Shown here in pieces: positions 36,921 through 49,920 of a DNA stretch of 64,000 nt (the first letter of the stretch is position 1; every line of letters starts with the position of its first letter). The notes under the pieces are model-generated. The model was given only the letters and a program-made list of their open reading frames with translations, searched no databases and was not told the origin of the DNA. The position numbers and the translations under genes are program-made. Origin of the DNA: Camelus dromedarius (taxonomy: Eukaryota); assembly GCF_036321535.1 (NCBI RefSeq), contig NC_087437.1:81904001-81968000 (forward strand), given 5' to 3'.

Positions 36921-39269
36921 GGAGAATACAAGAAAAAATAAGCAAAATCCCTTTCACCTAAGGAATATGGTAAACTTGGGGTGGGGAAGAGCTGAAGTAG
37001 GTAGAAGCTGAATGCCTGTTGTGTGAAGGGTGCTTCATTGATTTAACCAAGAACATCTAAGATGTTCAGCACAGTTCTTGGAACATTAGCAGACACTCAA
37101 TATTATTAATTGTAATTCCTGATCATTATTCTTATCTCATGAACTCATCTTAACAAGGCTGTGAGCATGCTGCCATTTTCTGGTTTTGCAAATGCAAAAA
37201 AGGCCAGCAACATGCCCACGTTCACAGAGTTGGGAAGTGGAGGTGCTGAATCCACCCACACGTGGCAGACACCAGAGCTCATACTCGGAAGTATGAAAGA
37301 GAACACTGAAATATTCATTATCTCCTTGAAGCTCACTTCATGCAGTTAGTAGTTCATCTTGGTTCCTGAGGGCTGAATTATGACCCTTAGTTGAATAAAA
37401 TTGAATGAATTTTTATTGAATATCATAAGTAGGCTCTTTCCTCCAAATTTGGGTTTTTATTCTTGTTTCTAACTTGTATGACCTGACTGTGATGACTTTA
37501 AAGCCAACAAGGTAAAAAAGAGGCTTTACTAAAGTTACCAAAAAATTCAGTTTAATGAAGCCCTCTAAAAACTGCAGGTCCACACCGTAATAAATCAACC
37601 TGTGCTTGAAAGCACAAACTGTATATACTGGCACTCGATTCAGCTAAGATAAAAACGACAAGGCTTTCAATGATAAATTGTCCTCTCCATATTATCCAAT
37701 GGAAATATTCATATTGTCCAATACCTACAAGCAATTAGAAGGACTGAGTTTAACTTTGAAATTAAAAGGCCATTAAGATGGAGCACAGCCCCCCAATCTG
37801 TCTCTGAAAAATATTCACAGAACTTTCTTGGTTGGTCTTAAAGCTTGGGAGGAATACGGAACATAGTCTCAGATTTCCTTTTATCACAGAGCAATTCAGG
37901 CAGAAATTTGGAACTGCAGACTATAAGAAACTGTGGGACAAAATAAAATGAGAAACTACACAGGATCTTTTAAAAGTTATTTATCAGTTATACACTACCA
38001 GTCAAGGACAGCTAAACTTTGAACAAATCTGCCCCCTACCTCCACCCCAGACCTCAAAACCAGGCCTAGGAAAAGAAGTACTGAACATCTGACAGGATAC
38101 CTGCATCCCCAATATCTGCCATCCTCACTGCTACTGAAACTGGGAAAGATGTGTCCTTAAAAATAGGTTTAAGTGCAAGTCTATTTATCTGTCATCAAGT
38201 GTGTAGTGTGTTCATTATTCCCCTTACCATGGTAGGGTTTTGATTTTCAGTCTATTATGTACAGGATGAGAGTATGAATTCTGTAAGGCCTGAAGGGCAG
38301 ATATTGATAAATTCCATATAATAAAGTAGACATTAGATGTCTGCCAAGATACAGTGATACAATTTAAAATGTCAAAATAAGATAAAAAGGAAGAATTTGC
38401 ATATGTATTCATATCTGTATATTTTAGATCTCTGTTTTTATGAATACATGGTTTAACATTTAGAAGGAGACTGAATTAATAATCATATTGTAATGGGATC
38501 TGTAGAATTAAGGTATTAAAACAGACCAGTTTTTAAAACATAATTTTGCACACACACAAAAATGAGTGTCTACCTATTGAACTCTTATTAAAAATGGTAT
38601 CTCAAATCAGTATTTAAAATTTATTAACACACCCACTAATGCCTACAGAGATCAAAGGAAGAGAGAAAGAGAAACAGAAAACATCTTTATTTATTTCCTT
38701 TATGTGATGTCTACATAATTTTCCTAAATTCTTAAGCAATTCACTGAGTTCTAAAACAGATTTCTAAATCCAAACTTCAGCTATCATTCAGGTGGCTTTA
38801 TTTTGCCCTTCAACTTTCTTAATAATTGTTATTCCATCCATTATTCCTACAGTTCTACCTAATTTTGTGACTAGATAAAAGGGAAGCTTTCAGTGGTTTC
38901 TGTCCCAAATTCTTTGGCCTATTTCTGGCTCTCAGCTTTTATTGCCAAAGGCGTGAAGATCAAAAGATGCTCTTTGCTGAAGTGTTTATGCCTTGTAACA
39001 TACCCTCTCAAAACAAAGGAGTTATTTACATCTAACATGAAAGAAAAAGTTCCAGAGTAACAGGCCTGCATCAGACAGATGCAAGTGACAGAATTTTCCT
39101 GCTCCACACTCAAGAAAATTCACATCATTAACATTAACCTGAAGTCAATCTAAATGTTCTCCAGAGCAAAAAGCACCTCTTGGGGAGGGGTTCAGCTCTG
39201 GCTTTCTTAGGTAGTTCCTTGGCTTCACCCATACCTTCAATCTTCCCCAACAGGGTGGTGACACGGGCT

Positions 39270-39615
39270 CATTTCACAAGCACAGAAACATCTCGCGACA
39301 GCCTACGGAAACATGAACCATTATTTACACTGGAAAGAATGACTGGGAGCAGCTGTGCCCAGCAGCAGACAGCACTAAAGGCAGAAAATGGGGCTGTGTC
39401 GCCAATCTGTTATTATTGTAATAACTAATGGAGAGGAATAAAATGGATTACCAGTGCTAAATCAAACTGGGAAGTTTCTGATGCTGCTGGAGGACATTGG
39501 CCTCTCACGGTTTATGATATCATCAGGCTTCTTGATGAATTTACAGTCTGGTAATCCTGCCGTGGCATTAGTTTTCCACATGCAAATCCCTGGAATCTAA
39601 GTCAACTCGGCAAAT
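39270..39615. promoter_or_regulatory. Candidate conserved non-coding element / enhancer containing an imperfect palindrome
   Basis: Non-repeat, several retained CpGs, GGATTA 39445 and TAATCC 39552, octamer ATGCAAAT 39580, E-box CAGCTG; inverted repeat 39445-39557. Confidence 0.45.
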
Positions 39616-40103
39616 GAACAGGACTAGGGAATTCCATTGGGTCAAGTTTATTTCAACTTCTGGGAAAGCTAAGACTGGTTGTCTTCCTATTCCGAATCAC
39701 ATTTATTTAAAAAAGCCCTATTTGAATGACATCTTCTCCCATGTTTTGCATATTTGTCAATACTTACTATGTCTCTGCAATATTATTCTGTTCCTGTCAG
39801 GACCAGGTCCCTCCTCATTGATAATATTTACACTGATTCACTTACTGCTTCCCACTGACTGCATTATCTATATTTAACCATTTTACCTATTTTTTTGGCT
39901 GTACTCTTAGTGTGCTGCTAGTTATATGCCTAATCTATAGTTTCCCACTTTCCCTCTAGGCTACATACACTTAGGTCAGGAACTAGGTCCACATAATTAA
40001 ACTTGCACAGGACCCACCCAAAGAGTATACAGGTGGCTTTTTAGAATAATCTAAATCCAGTGACCCCCCTCAATGTGATTATTCATTCACTCATCCATGC
40101 TAG

Positions 40104-40545
40104 TGTGAAAAAAAAGGAACAAAGAGTGTTGCTTATCATCCAGATATATGAAGGGTTAAATCACAACCCACTGTGCCCTAGAGGGAATTCAGGGTGGAAA
40201 AAACCAGTTGAGGCATTTTGTGCTATAGATAAAAGACCTTTAGATAGTTAAGCTGCCTATCTCAGGAAGAATTTCAGTGACCTGAGATTCTTGTATCTTC
40301 CCACACAAAGAAAAGCACTAAAATCATTAATGTCAGATGTCTGTTCTTTGTGATGAGCAGTAATCTTTTACCAAGATGTATGCTTGACTACATGTTTTTC
40401 CCAGCCGAAAATATTCCCTTCACCCACCTCTTTGGAGGAGTTCCTCAGAGCTACTGAGAGGCTGTTCTCTGGGCTATAGTCCTCAGTAAGAACCTGAATA
40501 AAACTTAAACCAAAAAATCTCATGTTGTTTTTCTTTCAATAGACA
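40104..40545 (+). mobile_element. Solo LTR, ERV1-like
   Basis: TG...CA termini (tgtgaaaa...aatagaca), 4-bp TSD-like ctag/ttag, AATAAA at ~40497, ttcctcagagctactgagaggctg...gggctatagtcctcagtaag near the 3' end. Confidence 0.75.
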
Positions 40546-40839
40546 TTAGGAAGCTACTCTACCCTCTTTTATAGAAATGACGTTGCAGGGAGAGGGAAAA
40601 TCTCAGTAGTTGGAGAGTTATGGATGCCGTAGACCCTACCCCAGATCTTCCCGTGATTCCACAGGGTGAGGCCCTGATGAAGGCACCTAACCCAAAACTA
40701 TAGTCCACTCAAGTCCCTGTCCCCACACTCTAGCACTAACTTAAATCAAAGAGTGGCCACAGGACAGATACTGATGAGGGAAGTAGCAATTTTGGAAGTG
40801 AGTCTCAGAGAAATCAAGGTATGCTAACATATTTTCATT

Positions 40840-41690
40840 TGTATCTCCTGTGAACCTACTTCCTGAATCCCAGACCTGAATTTCTACCTGGATTCTACAG
40901 ACATCTCACATTCAACATGTAGAAAAGAGGACTCCTTCCAAATCAATTTTTTTTTTCTTGCAAGATGATCTCAGGTGCTGATTCCATCAACTCACACTCT
41001 CTTAGACACCAAAACCTGACAATTTTTACTATTAAATATCTCGTGAATACACCCTGTCCTCTTCAGTTACATAGCTAGGACCATTTCCAAGCCCTATATC
41101 TTCACATGGATGATTACAGCAGCTTCCTAAGTCATCTTCCTGCCTCTAGTTTTTCCTATCTTTAATTGCATCCTTATAGTCATTTATCTACAGCTGATCT
41201 TTGAATAATGTGGGTGTTAGGGGCACTAACTCCCCCCATAGTTGAAAATTTGCATATAACTTACAGTCAGCCCTCCGTATCTGCAGTTCCTCTGTATCCA
41301 CAGTTCTGCAACTTCAAATTCAACCAACTGCAGATCAAGTAATACTGTAATATTTACTATTGGGAAAAATTCATGAGTAACTGGACTCATGCAGTTTAAA
41401 CCCGTTGTTCAAGGGTCACCTGTGTAATTTGTTCATGGCATTTTGTTCCTTAAAATCTTTCAATGGCTGGCTACAACATGAAGGACCCATATCAGCTTCT
41501 GATTTAACCTCTATTGCTCTCCCTTACACACTCTCTCTCTCCCACTACCCGGACTGATGGTCCATATACAGAATGTCTTGCCATTTTCTGAATGAACTGT
41601 ATCCATTGCTCCTTCTCAAACTCCTGTTACACTGTACACGCAATGTCTAGAATTCCCTTCCTTGCTTGCCTACTTGTGAAATCCTACAAG
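40840..41690 (+). mobile_element. L2 fragment interrupted by a Tigger MITE
   Basis: tcctgaatcccagacc...tctcacattcaacatgt...gattacagcagcttcctaa...[insert]...cttaaaatctttcaatggct. Confidence 0.7.
41191..41422. mobile_element. TcMar-Tigger MITE (Tigger2/MER8 group)
   Basis: TA then TIR cagctgatctttgaataa ... ttgttcaagggtcacctg; internal cagccctccgtatc, ttcaaccaactgcagatc. Confidence 0.85.
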
Positions 41691-41954
41691 GAAACCAGGG
41701 ACACATTAAGTTTCAGTTAGACAAGGAAGTAGAGAAAGTATTCTGCCATTAAGAAGTTTGGGAATGAAAGAGAATACAATAGAAAGGGTGGGGAAGTAAG
41801 AACATGTTGGTATGAGTGACCAGAGAACCACATTCACTTTCTTTATGGCATTTATCTCAGTTTATTACACTGGAGAGGAGTTCAGTCTCACACACCTCAT
41901 ACACTGTTAAGGCTTAAAGGGCAGTGGAGGTAGGGTGAACATTTCCTACTCAAA

Positions 41955-42265
41955 GATAGACTGTAGGTTCTGGAGCCAGATTGCCAAGGTCTGAAACTGG
42001 GCTCTACTACTTATCAGATGACTGTGGGCAAGTCACTTATTATTCTTGTGGTCCTATTAAATGTGCTTAGCTGCTAAATGGTCACCTACTTCAGAAGGTG
42101 GTGAAAATGAATGAGTTAATACATACACAGTATGAGGCTGAACAGTATGAAATTACCATTTTTATAGATCAAAATGCTCAAATATCAGCAAGTTCACATG
42201 ATTCAACCAAATATTTAAAACAATGCCTAATGAGTAGCACACATCCAAAAAGTGTTATTATTTTT
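41955..42265 (+). mobile_element. MIR split by MADE2
   Basis: ggttctggagccagattgcc...gctctactactta...gggcaagtcactta...aaaatgaatgagttaatacatac [insert] tttaaaacaatgcct. Confidence 0.8.
42133..42211. mobile_element. MADE2-like mariner MITE (~80 bp palindrome)
   Basis: ta-tgaggctgaacagtatgaaatt...aagttcacatgattcaaccaaa-ta; inverted arms with TA on both sides. Confidence 0.8.
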
Positions 42266-42329
42266 TCTTCTCATAGATGCTTCTAAACCATTTGTTGAGG
42301 TTTATATTGCCCAATGGTCTTTTCTCATT

Positions 42330-44435
42330 GATATCCTCCTACTAATCTCCTGGTTCCTTTAAAACAAGACTAGGGCACTTGGCTACAATCTTTAACACAT
42401 CCCTTGTTGTATCACCATCCTGGATGACTTCAGTACCCACACAGACAATCTATCCGATTCCTCACCTTCTTCACCTCCAGGGTCACACACAACAAGGTCC
42501 AACTCTGGAATTAAGCGTCAAGTGGGTCTGCTTCCCATGCCAAATCCAAAGACAACCCCCGTCTCCGATCCTTCCAATCCCCTCCTGCCTTTGCTTTCAC
42601 TACCTCTCTTTTTCAGTCCCAGGAGAACTATAGTTTCTTGACCTCTCTCCTGGCCTCACTACTCTATTCAGCTGAGATAGCATGGCTCATCACCCAAGCC
42701 TTTCTCTCACCAATATCATCAACTACTTTGGACCTCCTGCTTCACTTGTCTAACAAAAACATCAATACAGGATTAATTCAAAAATATACTTTCTACATTT
42801 CATGCTCTAGCTGTTGAGCACAACTGGAGAAAATCAGCTTTCAGATCTCTGTTCAGTCTCTCACTTAGCTTGCTTTCATTTTACTCTGCAATGTTTCAGA
42901 ACTGTTGATATGCTCAAGACTCCAACCAAAGTCACATCCCTCTCAGCAGATGACATCATCTTCTACTTCAATGAGACAATTACACATACATTATCTGAAC
43001 ATCATCCCCTTCCCCTTCCTAGATATCTCTGGACCTATACTTATACTATTTCTTCCTGTTCAGAAGATAAGGTATTCCTCCTCTGGTTCAAGGCTCTGCC
43101 CCTCCACACATGGCCCCAAATCTTTCATCTCTCCTAGGATCTTGTTCTATCAATTATCCCCTTTATTTCCTAAATCTTCAACCTCTCACTGACTATTCAG
43201 TTTTTTTTCCCTAAGCCCAGAGCCTATTTAAATCTTTCATCATATTAAAGTTAATTTTTTCCCCCTTCTTGAACCTGGGTTGCCCCCTAGTGAACCATCC
43301 CCTTCTTTTTCTTCTAGTGATTTGAAAGAGAAGTCTGTGCTCACTCAATTCTCTCAACCCTTCCCATTTACCTTGCAACAAACCACAATCTGACTTCTGC
43401 CCTGGCCATTGCACTGAAAACTTCTCTCATGAGCCCACCAGTGAACTCAATAATGCCTTCCCAATGGACATGTATCAAATCTCTGTTTTCTCTGTTTTTC
43501 CTTTTTCAGTCTCCCTCATGGATTCCTCTTCTTTTATTTGGCCTTGAATGTTTGTATTCGTCAAGGCTTCTCCATTGGTACTTTACTCTGCTCACTCTAC
43601 ATACTCCACTTGTGCAAATGCATTTGCTCTTAATTTTAAATATCATTGATAATGGGTGACTTCCAAATCTGTATTTCCAGTCCAGACTCTCTCCAAATGC
43701 CTCCCACATTTATTTACTTGGATAGCCCTCAGGGGCTTAAACCCAATTTATTGTTCATTCAGTTTTTCAAAAAATACTTACTGATGACCCACACTTCACA
43801 CTAGTATTCATACTAATAGTAAACAAGATAGCAAGATAGGTCCTTTATCATAAGCCATGCTTCTCACTACTACTTCCAATTAACTTTTAGGCCATAATAA
43901 TACCAAACTTTCTGTAGCCTGCCATTTTCTGATGAAAGAAGACTAAACGCTGCGGGCCTTTGAACATGTTAATCTTCCACTGTGGAATTCCTATCCCATG
44001 GTCTTTTAAATTTTTAAGGCTTTAAGAGGAGTCTTGCCCTCCAAGAAGCCTTCTCTAAATTTGCAACCTGGGCTAACTGTCCTTGATCACTGTATGGGCT
44101 AGGATGTGCTAAAACTATGTATTTGCACATATCTTCACCATTGGATCTCTAGGGCAGGAATTATGTCTCTCCAATAAACAAGACTGCTTGGCACGTAGGT
44201 AATAAGCGTTTGTGATTACTCAGCTAAGTATAATCTTTCCCCTTTTCAAACACCCAAAATACCGTGGTGCTTTTCTAACTCTCCCCAGTACGACTTGTAA
44301 ATCTCATTCCCCTCTCCTTGTTAATGCCAGTTTAACCTTCTTGAGCATGCTATGCCTCTTTCATTCTCTACACTCCTCAAAATTATGTATATGATGGGCA
44401 CTCAAGCAACTGTGGTTGAAATGAGCTGAAATGAA
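42330..44435 (+). mobile_element. Long decayed L2 (ORF2 region to 3' end, with small inserts)
   Basis: ctctcagcagatgac...ttctacttcaatgaga, caatctgacttctgccc...cactgaaaacttctctca, gacttccaaatctgtatttccagtccagactctctcc, cttggcacgtagg. Confidence 0.8.
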
Positions 44436-44839
44436 CAGAGAAAACACTCCCATATTACATCGTCTATCTCTGGAATCTTTTAGTGGCATTGTATAATCCA
44501 GGAATAAGATATCTCAGGTGTCTTTCTGTCACAACCAAGGTCCAAGAGTGCTATCAAAGATGTTCTAACCGCTCTTCAAGCTCTGGATAAGTCCCAAGAG
44601 ACCACACTGATCACATATATGGAATCTTCCATCCATGTATACAGACTCACTGTATCTCTTCAATTCCAAAAGAAGGAGCAAAGATGGAACTCTTAGTGGA
44701 ATAAAACATTCATTTGACCACTGGATCACTATGTACCATATGTCCCCCTGCAATGCATTAAATTCAGGCTCTAATGGCTTAAGTTCATTTCTAAAAAATG
44801 AACACTTATATTCATTTCTCACAAGAAGCTTCACTCTAT

Positions 44840-45045
44840 AAATAAAATGCTTTGAGCTCTCTGTCAAAGGAATGATGTAAGCACAAGAAATTATTACTAA
44901 AATTCTCCTCTAGATAGCCTCATGAGGTAAGTATTAATGTCAGAGGGAATATTATTTTACAGGTGGAAGAGTCCGCTGACCTGCTCAGAGTCAAAGGTAG
45001 TGATAAGAGCCAAGAACATACTCCAAGAGTCCTGTGCTTATAGTC
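44840..45045 (-). mobile_element. MIR (degenerate)
   Basis: tcctc...agcctcatgaggtaagtatta...attttacaggtggaaga...gacctgctcagagtca. Confidence 0.55.
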
Positions 45046-46035
45046 ATTTCCAGACCTAATCCAAGCATTTCAAAAAGTGTTTCATAGGGTGTGAAGAGAG
45101 TCTAAGAACTTTATCCTTCTTTTTTGGACTGTTCTTGCCCCATCTCTTTTTCCCTTTTACTAATTTTTCTTTCTCAAAAGGGAACCAAAAGAGAATGCAA
45201 TGGTCACCTAGCAGACATCCAACCTCCCAGCTGTGTAACATCCGAGGTAGTATAGAGGGTTTGTCAGGTGTACTCCATCTAACTTCTATCCAGGGCTCCC
45301 AATCAAGGCAGCTCAGAGCTCTGCCAGCTTGAGTTAATTCAGTTTGAGTAAATCGCTCTGTCGTCCAGTATGGTATGCTCCACTGATTCATTCTCTTCAG
45401 TTTCATTTTATACAGGAGGCCCGTATGAAACAGAGATCCCACTCTTCAAATAGTTTTTCAAAACTGATACAACACATTTATTAGGACGATTCTAAGTCTC
45501 CAAACTATTTTGATGGGCTCTGCACAACAGCAAGCATTTATGGAGAAGTAGAAATCTGCTAGACTGAATTGTATCTAGTTCCATGTTCTAAAACTTTACA
45601 TAGCCAAAAAAGTCACTGTTAGCTGGAAGGATGCAGGCCTTAGGTTGAGAAGGAGAAGGAAAGAGAGAATAAGAAAGTGAAGAAGATAAAGAAGATGAGG
45701 GGAACAATACTTTTCTTGGTAATACACAACAAAAACAACAAAAAACCAGTAACTTGTTTCCTGTATTTGAGGAGAGAAATCTGTGAAAGTGCTACAGCTG
45801 ATCAATGACATGTTCAGATTCTGGGAAAAGGGATAACACATCACTTATAAGTTATTAAGGACTGAATGTATAGTGTGCACTGGAGATACGAAGGTGCATA
45901 GAAATGTAAACTATCGTAATTCACTGAGATAATAGTTTTAATTGCCATTAGGCATATGTGTATGCAATTGAAACAGAGAGGAAGGAACTTGAAAAGTCAT
46001 TAGGCCTTCATTTTATTTGCCTTTTAAGAAAAAAA

Positions 46036-46214
46036 TGTATTTTAATTGAAGTATAGTCAGTTTACTAAGTGTCAATTTCTGGCGTACAGCATAATGTTTC
46101 AGTCATACATATACATACATATATTTGTTTTCACATTCTTTTTCATTATAGGTTACTGCAACATATTGAATATAGTTCCCTGTGCTATACAGAAGAAACT
46201 TGTTGCTTACCTAT
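46036..46214 (-). mobile_element. Relatively young L1 3' end
   Basis: ttttaattgaagtatagtcagtttac...tttctggcgtacagcataatgtttcagtcatacatatacatac...gaatatagttccctgtgctatacagaagaaac; TSD-like tttgccttttaa (46016) / tttgcctttttaa (46216). Confidence 0.9.
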
Positions 46215-46352
46215 GTTTGCCTTTTTAACCTCAGTCCAGGTAGGCAGCACAGTGTAAGATGAAGATACGTAACCTAGAGACAACAAATTTGGTTTCACTG
46301 GGATAAATACCACATCCCTCATTCCCACTGGCTGGCACATAATCGTAACATC

Positions 46353-46708
46353 CACTGGTGTGCTGGTAAATGGTTAACAACTGGCTTTCAGGGAAAAAAA
46401 TCCTAATTTGTTGCATTTGCCAATTTCCATGGTTCAAATATTCCCATGATGGCTGATTTCAAGCTACCCACATGACATCACAGAATACGGAGCTAGGAAG
46501 AGAACAAGCATAAATAACAAGAGCACAATGTAGTAAATTAGGAAGTGATGAGCTTTGAGCACTTATTATCCCTGTTTTCAAGAACTGTCTACTTACTTGC
46601 AATTAAAATAATTTAATTTTTAATAACGACTGTTTAACAAACAACTCACATAGTTCTTAAGAATTTAGTAGTCATGAGCCAGTATGGACCAGCTGCAACG
46701 TATCACTG
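46353..46708 (-). mobile_element. MER63B-like hAT-Blackjack element
   Basis: cactggtgtgctggtaaa...gcatttgccaatttccatgg...gatttcaagctacc...gagccagta...tatcactg; homologous to 19427-19628 but longer. Confidence 0.8.
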
Positions 46709-48334
46709 GACTCACACCCTAGGAATGCCAAGGGCAAGGGTAGGGGTCCAGATCCATGTTTATTAAAAAGCTGTGCCTCGTTTCACTCGCTGTTGTCCTC
46801 TCTCCTTCCTACCTCAGACCAGGATCAGAAACAACTATTCCAGGTTTATTATGCCCCTCACTTTGCCGTCTTCTCTGCCTCCAATGACCCTCAGTAACTT
46901 AAACCACCCTCCAGCAGAAAGAGTGATCTCACATCTCAGTGCTGAAAGTCTAACAGACTGCGTTTGCTGATCACTATTAACTTTATACACATTCAGTAAA
47001 TGGGGCTACTATTATTACTGTTAATTCAAGCCCTTCTCTCTATATTTACAGTTTGGTTTAAGATGCCACCACATTTAAATGGCATGTTCAAGCTTTATAG
47101 TATTCTTGGTATCTGCAGATTTTCAGGCTAGATAGGATGGGAGGTGCAGGAAGGAGGGGCCACTGGTCGGGGAGCCTACTTCACTCCTAGAGATCTGTGC
47201 AGGGCTGACCATCTCAACTCCCAGCCCTTTTGAGCTCCTAACCTCAGGCTATGCAGCCTGCTTAGGTGCCCTTCCAATCTACTTTTGAGCTAAGAAACAA
47301 TTTCTCTAAGGGCTTACTTACCTGTAAATTGTGAAGACTTTATTTAGCTGTTGTAAGAGATATTGTGAAAAGGTGTTCCCTATAATATCCACTTCTCTGT
47401 TAAAACATAAACGTATCCAGAAAAGTATGTGAGAGAAACTCTGAGTTACAAATTTATTATTTATCTCAATTCTAAAGATCTGGAAAATCAGTCATGACTT
47501 TCAGAGAACATGGTGCTATATCCACAGAACACATGTATTCCTACCTTTCCTCCTTGATAAAAAATTATAAAGCTCCCCCAAACATGAAGAACACAAGAAA
47601 AAAGGTCATGAACTGCTGAGCCTCAAAAGAAAAGTATCTGACTGATGTATTTGTTGTACAATTTAAGCTTATATCCTTTATCTCATGGTGGAGACTAAAT
47701 GATATATTTGGATAGTAGGATTTAAATTTCTTCAGAAAACACTTTCTCCTGGACCAATGTAATCTTTCAAAGCATTTACAGAAAATACATTTACTCACAA
47801 ATGAATTTTATACATTTATAATTTACTACAATTTATCTATAGATATGACAGATTTTTCTAAATATATTAAGTGCTCCAATAAATACAATGGAAAGAGTCA
47901 TGCTTCTTTTCTGTTTGAAGAACAGTTTTCACACTCAAAGTCTTTTAAAGCCTGAGAAGCTATCGTGTTTGCACATGATGGGACTGGTGTCCAAGGGATC
48001 TAACGTTAACTTAGGGAAGTGTTTTCCAACTGCTGCTGGAAACTCAGTAGATGAAAAGTATATGAAGACATGATTCCCTCGGGAAGCCTGGCAGCGCCCA
48101 GGCCAGTCGGTGCCCTCAGGGATTCCTTGCTTCAGTTGCCCTCCAAAAGCTTCCGCTGTTTACCCTAATGTCCTAAATAAACAATACCATTTTCTCTGTG
48201 AGCCATATTGGGAAATACAGGCAGAGAAGCACTAGCTTAAGGAACATCAACTTCCTTTGGGTGTCTGACACAAACACAGATGACTGCAAGAACTTGATTC
48301 ACTGAGCTGTGTCAGCACAACAGGGTGCAGAGCA

Positions 48335-48575
48335 GAGGTGGGAATAAAACTTGGGTTGTGGTTCAGGCTCCCTCACTATCTAGCCCTGAACTCTTGGCAG
48401 ATCACGTTACCTGTCAGGACCTCGACTCCCTCAGCTGTAACATAAGGTGATTGGCCTAGATCCCTGTGATTGTGAGCACCATTGGCCTCATACTGGGCTG
48501 GGTGCTGTAGGGGAAACTTACAGGAAACAGACACTGCCTCTAATCTCAAGGAAACTGTAATCCAGCTGGAGATAA
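48335..48575. mobile_element. MIR (+) followed by L2 fragment (-)
   Basis: cttggcagatcacgttacctgtc...ctgtaacataagg...; then gggtgctgtagggg...acagacactgcc...ctcaaggaa. Confidence 0.5.
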
Positions 48576-49734
48576 GATCATTATTGAAGATAAAAAGTGA
48601 GTAAATATAAAATCTAATTGAACTGTAATGGGTTTGGAGGCCTGAAAATTATCATTGCTTATACCTCAACGGCACTTCCAACTGGGCATATAAATCTATA
48701 GAGTAAATCTGCATCACAGACTACTCTATGACCTCTGATTTTATTTAGTCATGCAACAGATTAATCATTGTGTTCAAATATTCAAACATGTGCTCTAAGA
48801 TTATAAACTCACGTGCACTTAAAAGATCAACTTCACCTTGGTTGTACCTAGGAGCTCTAGTCTGGCCTATTTAACATTTTAATTATGACACATTTTAATT
48901 AAGTTATTAACAAACTGATATTTATTCAGATACCACTGACCAAGGCAAGAATAAGTGCTAAGAATCCTCCTCTGAAAAAAATGTAAACATCCCACTCACT
49001 CAACATTCTTTACTATTTTTCTTTTTCTAATCCTTTCAAGTAGTTCCTCCCACCTCACTTCTTTTTGTGCCCACAGAGACCCTCATTCCTTTATTCCTCC
49101 ACCAGATCTTATGCTTCAGCCCTTTCCTACTCTTACTTCTTTTCCTATCCAACATGGGCTTGATGCATCATCACTTCAACCTCTCTCTTACCTATCTTCA
49201 TCCCTTCTATCCCCAAGAAACACTTATCTTCACACACTCAACACGAGATCAATCAATCTTAGCAGAAAATCACACATGTTTGAAAACCGGGGCAACTGTA
49301 CATTCATATTTACCAGCATTAACTGGACTGGCAACACAGCTAGGTAATTCTGTTTCCCTAGAATTAAGGGTATTTCAAACCTTCTCTGGTTTACTGTTAC
49401 CTTAATTATCCTACCCTCTCTGGGCAGGCTATACCCTCTTTGAAAGTGGTGGGAGGGAGATCAGCTGAGGTTGCAGGCAGCCACAACTGCTAGTAAAACC
49501 CAGGCCAACTCCTGAAAGCCATCAGGAGAGTAGTCTCTTCCATACAGTAATGCCTGTGGGTAAGGTATGAAATGTGGAGTTATGAATACTTGCTTTATTT
49601 ATGCTGGTCATGACCACACCAGTGAGTGTGTGGTTGTGACCATCAACAGCAGGCAGGAGCCATTTCTAAAGATGTTTTTAATTTTGCAGACTCAGTGCAT
49701 TAGCTTTATAACTTAAATCTTTCCCCACATGTTC

Positions 49735-49920
49735 TTAGGGCCTGGAATCAAATCCTAGCTCTGCCACTTAGCTTTCTTAATAACCTCTGGTAAGTTACTT
49801 AAACTCTCTATATTTGGGGATAATACCTACCTCATAGAGTTAATGTGGGCATTAAATTTGTTGGTGTAACAAGGCCAAGCCCTTAGTGCTATATAAGTGT
49901 TTGTTATTATTATTACTATT
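49735..49920 (+). mobile_element. MIR
   Basis: tcaaatcctagctctgccactta...gtaagttacttaaactctct...ggggataatacctacctcatagagtt. Confidence 0.85.
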
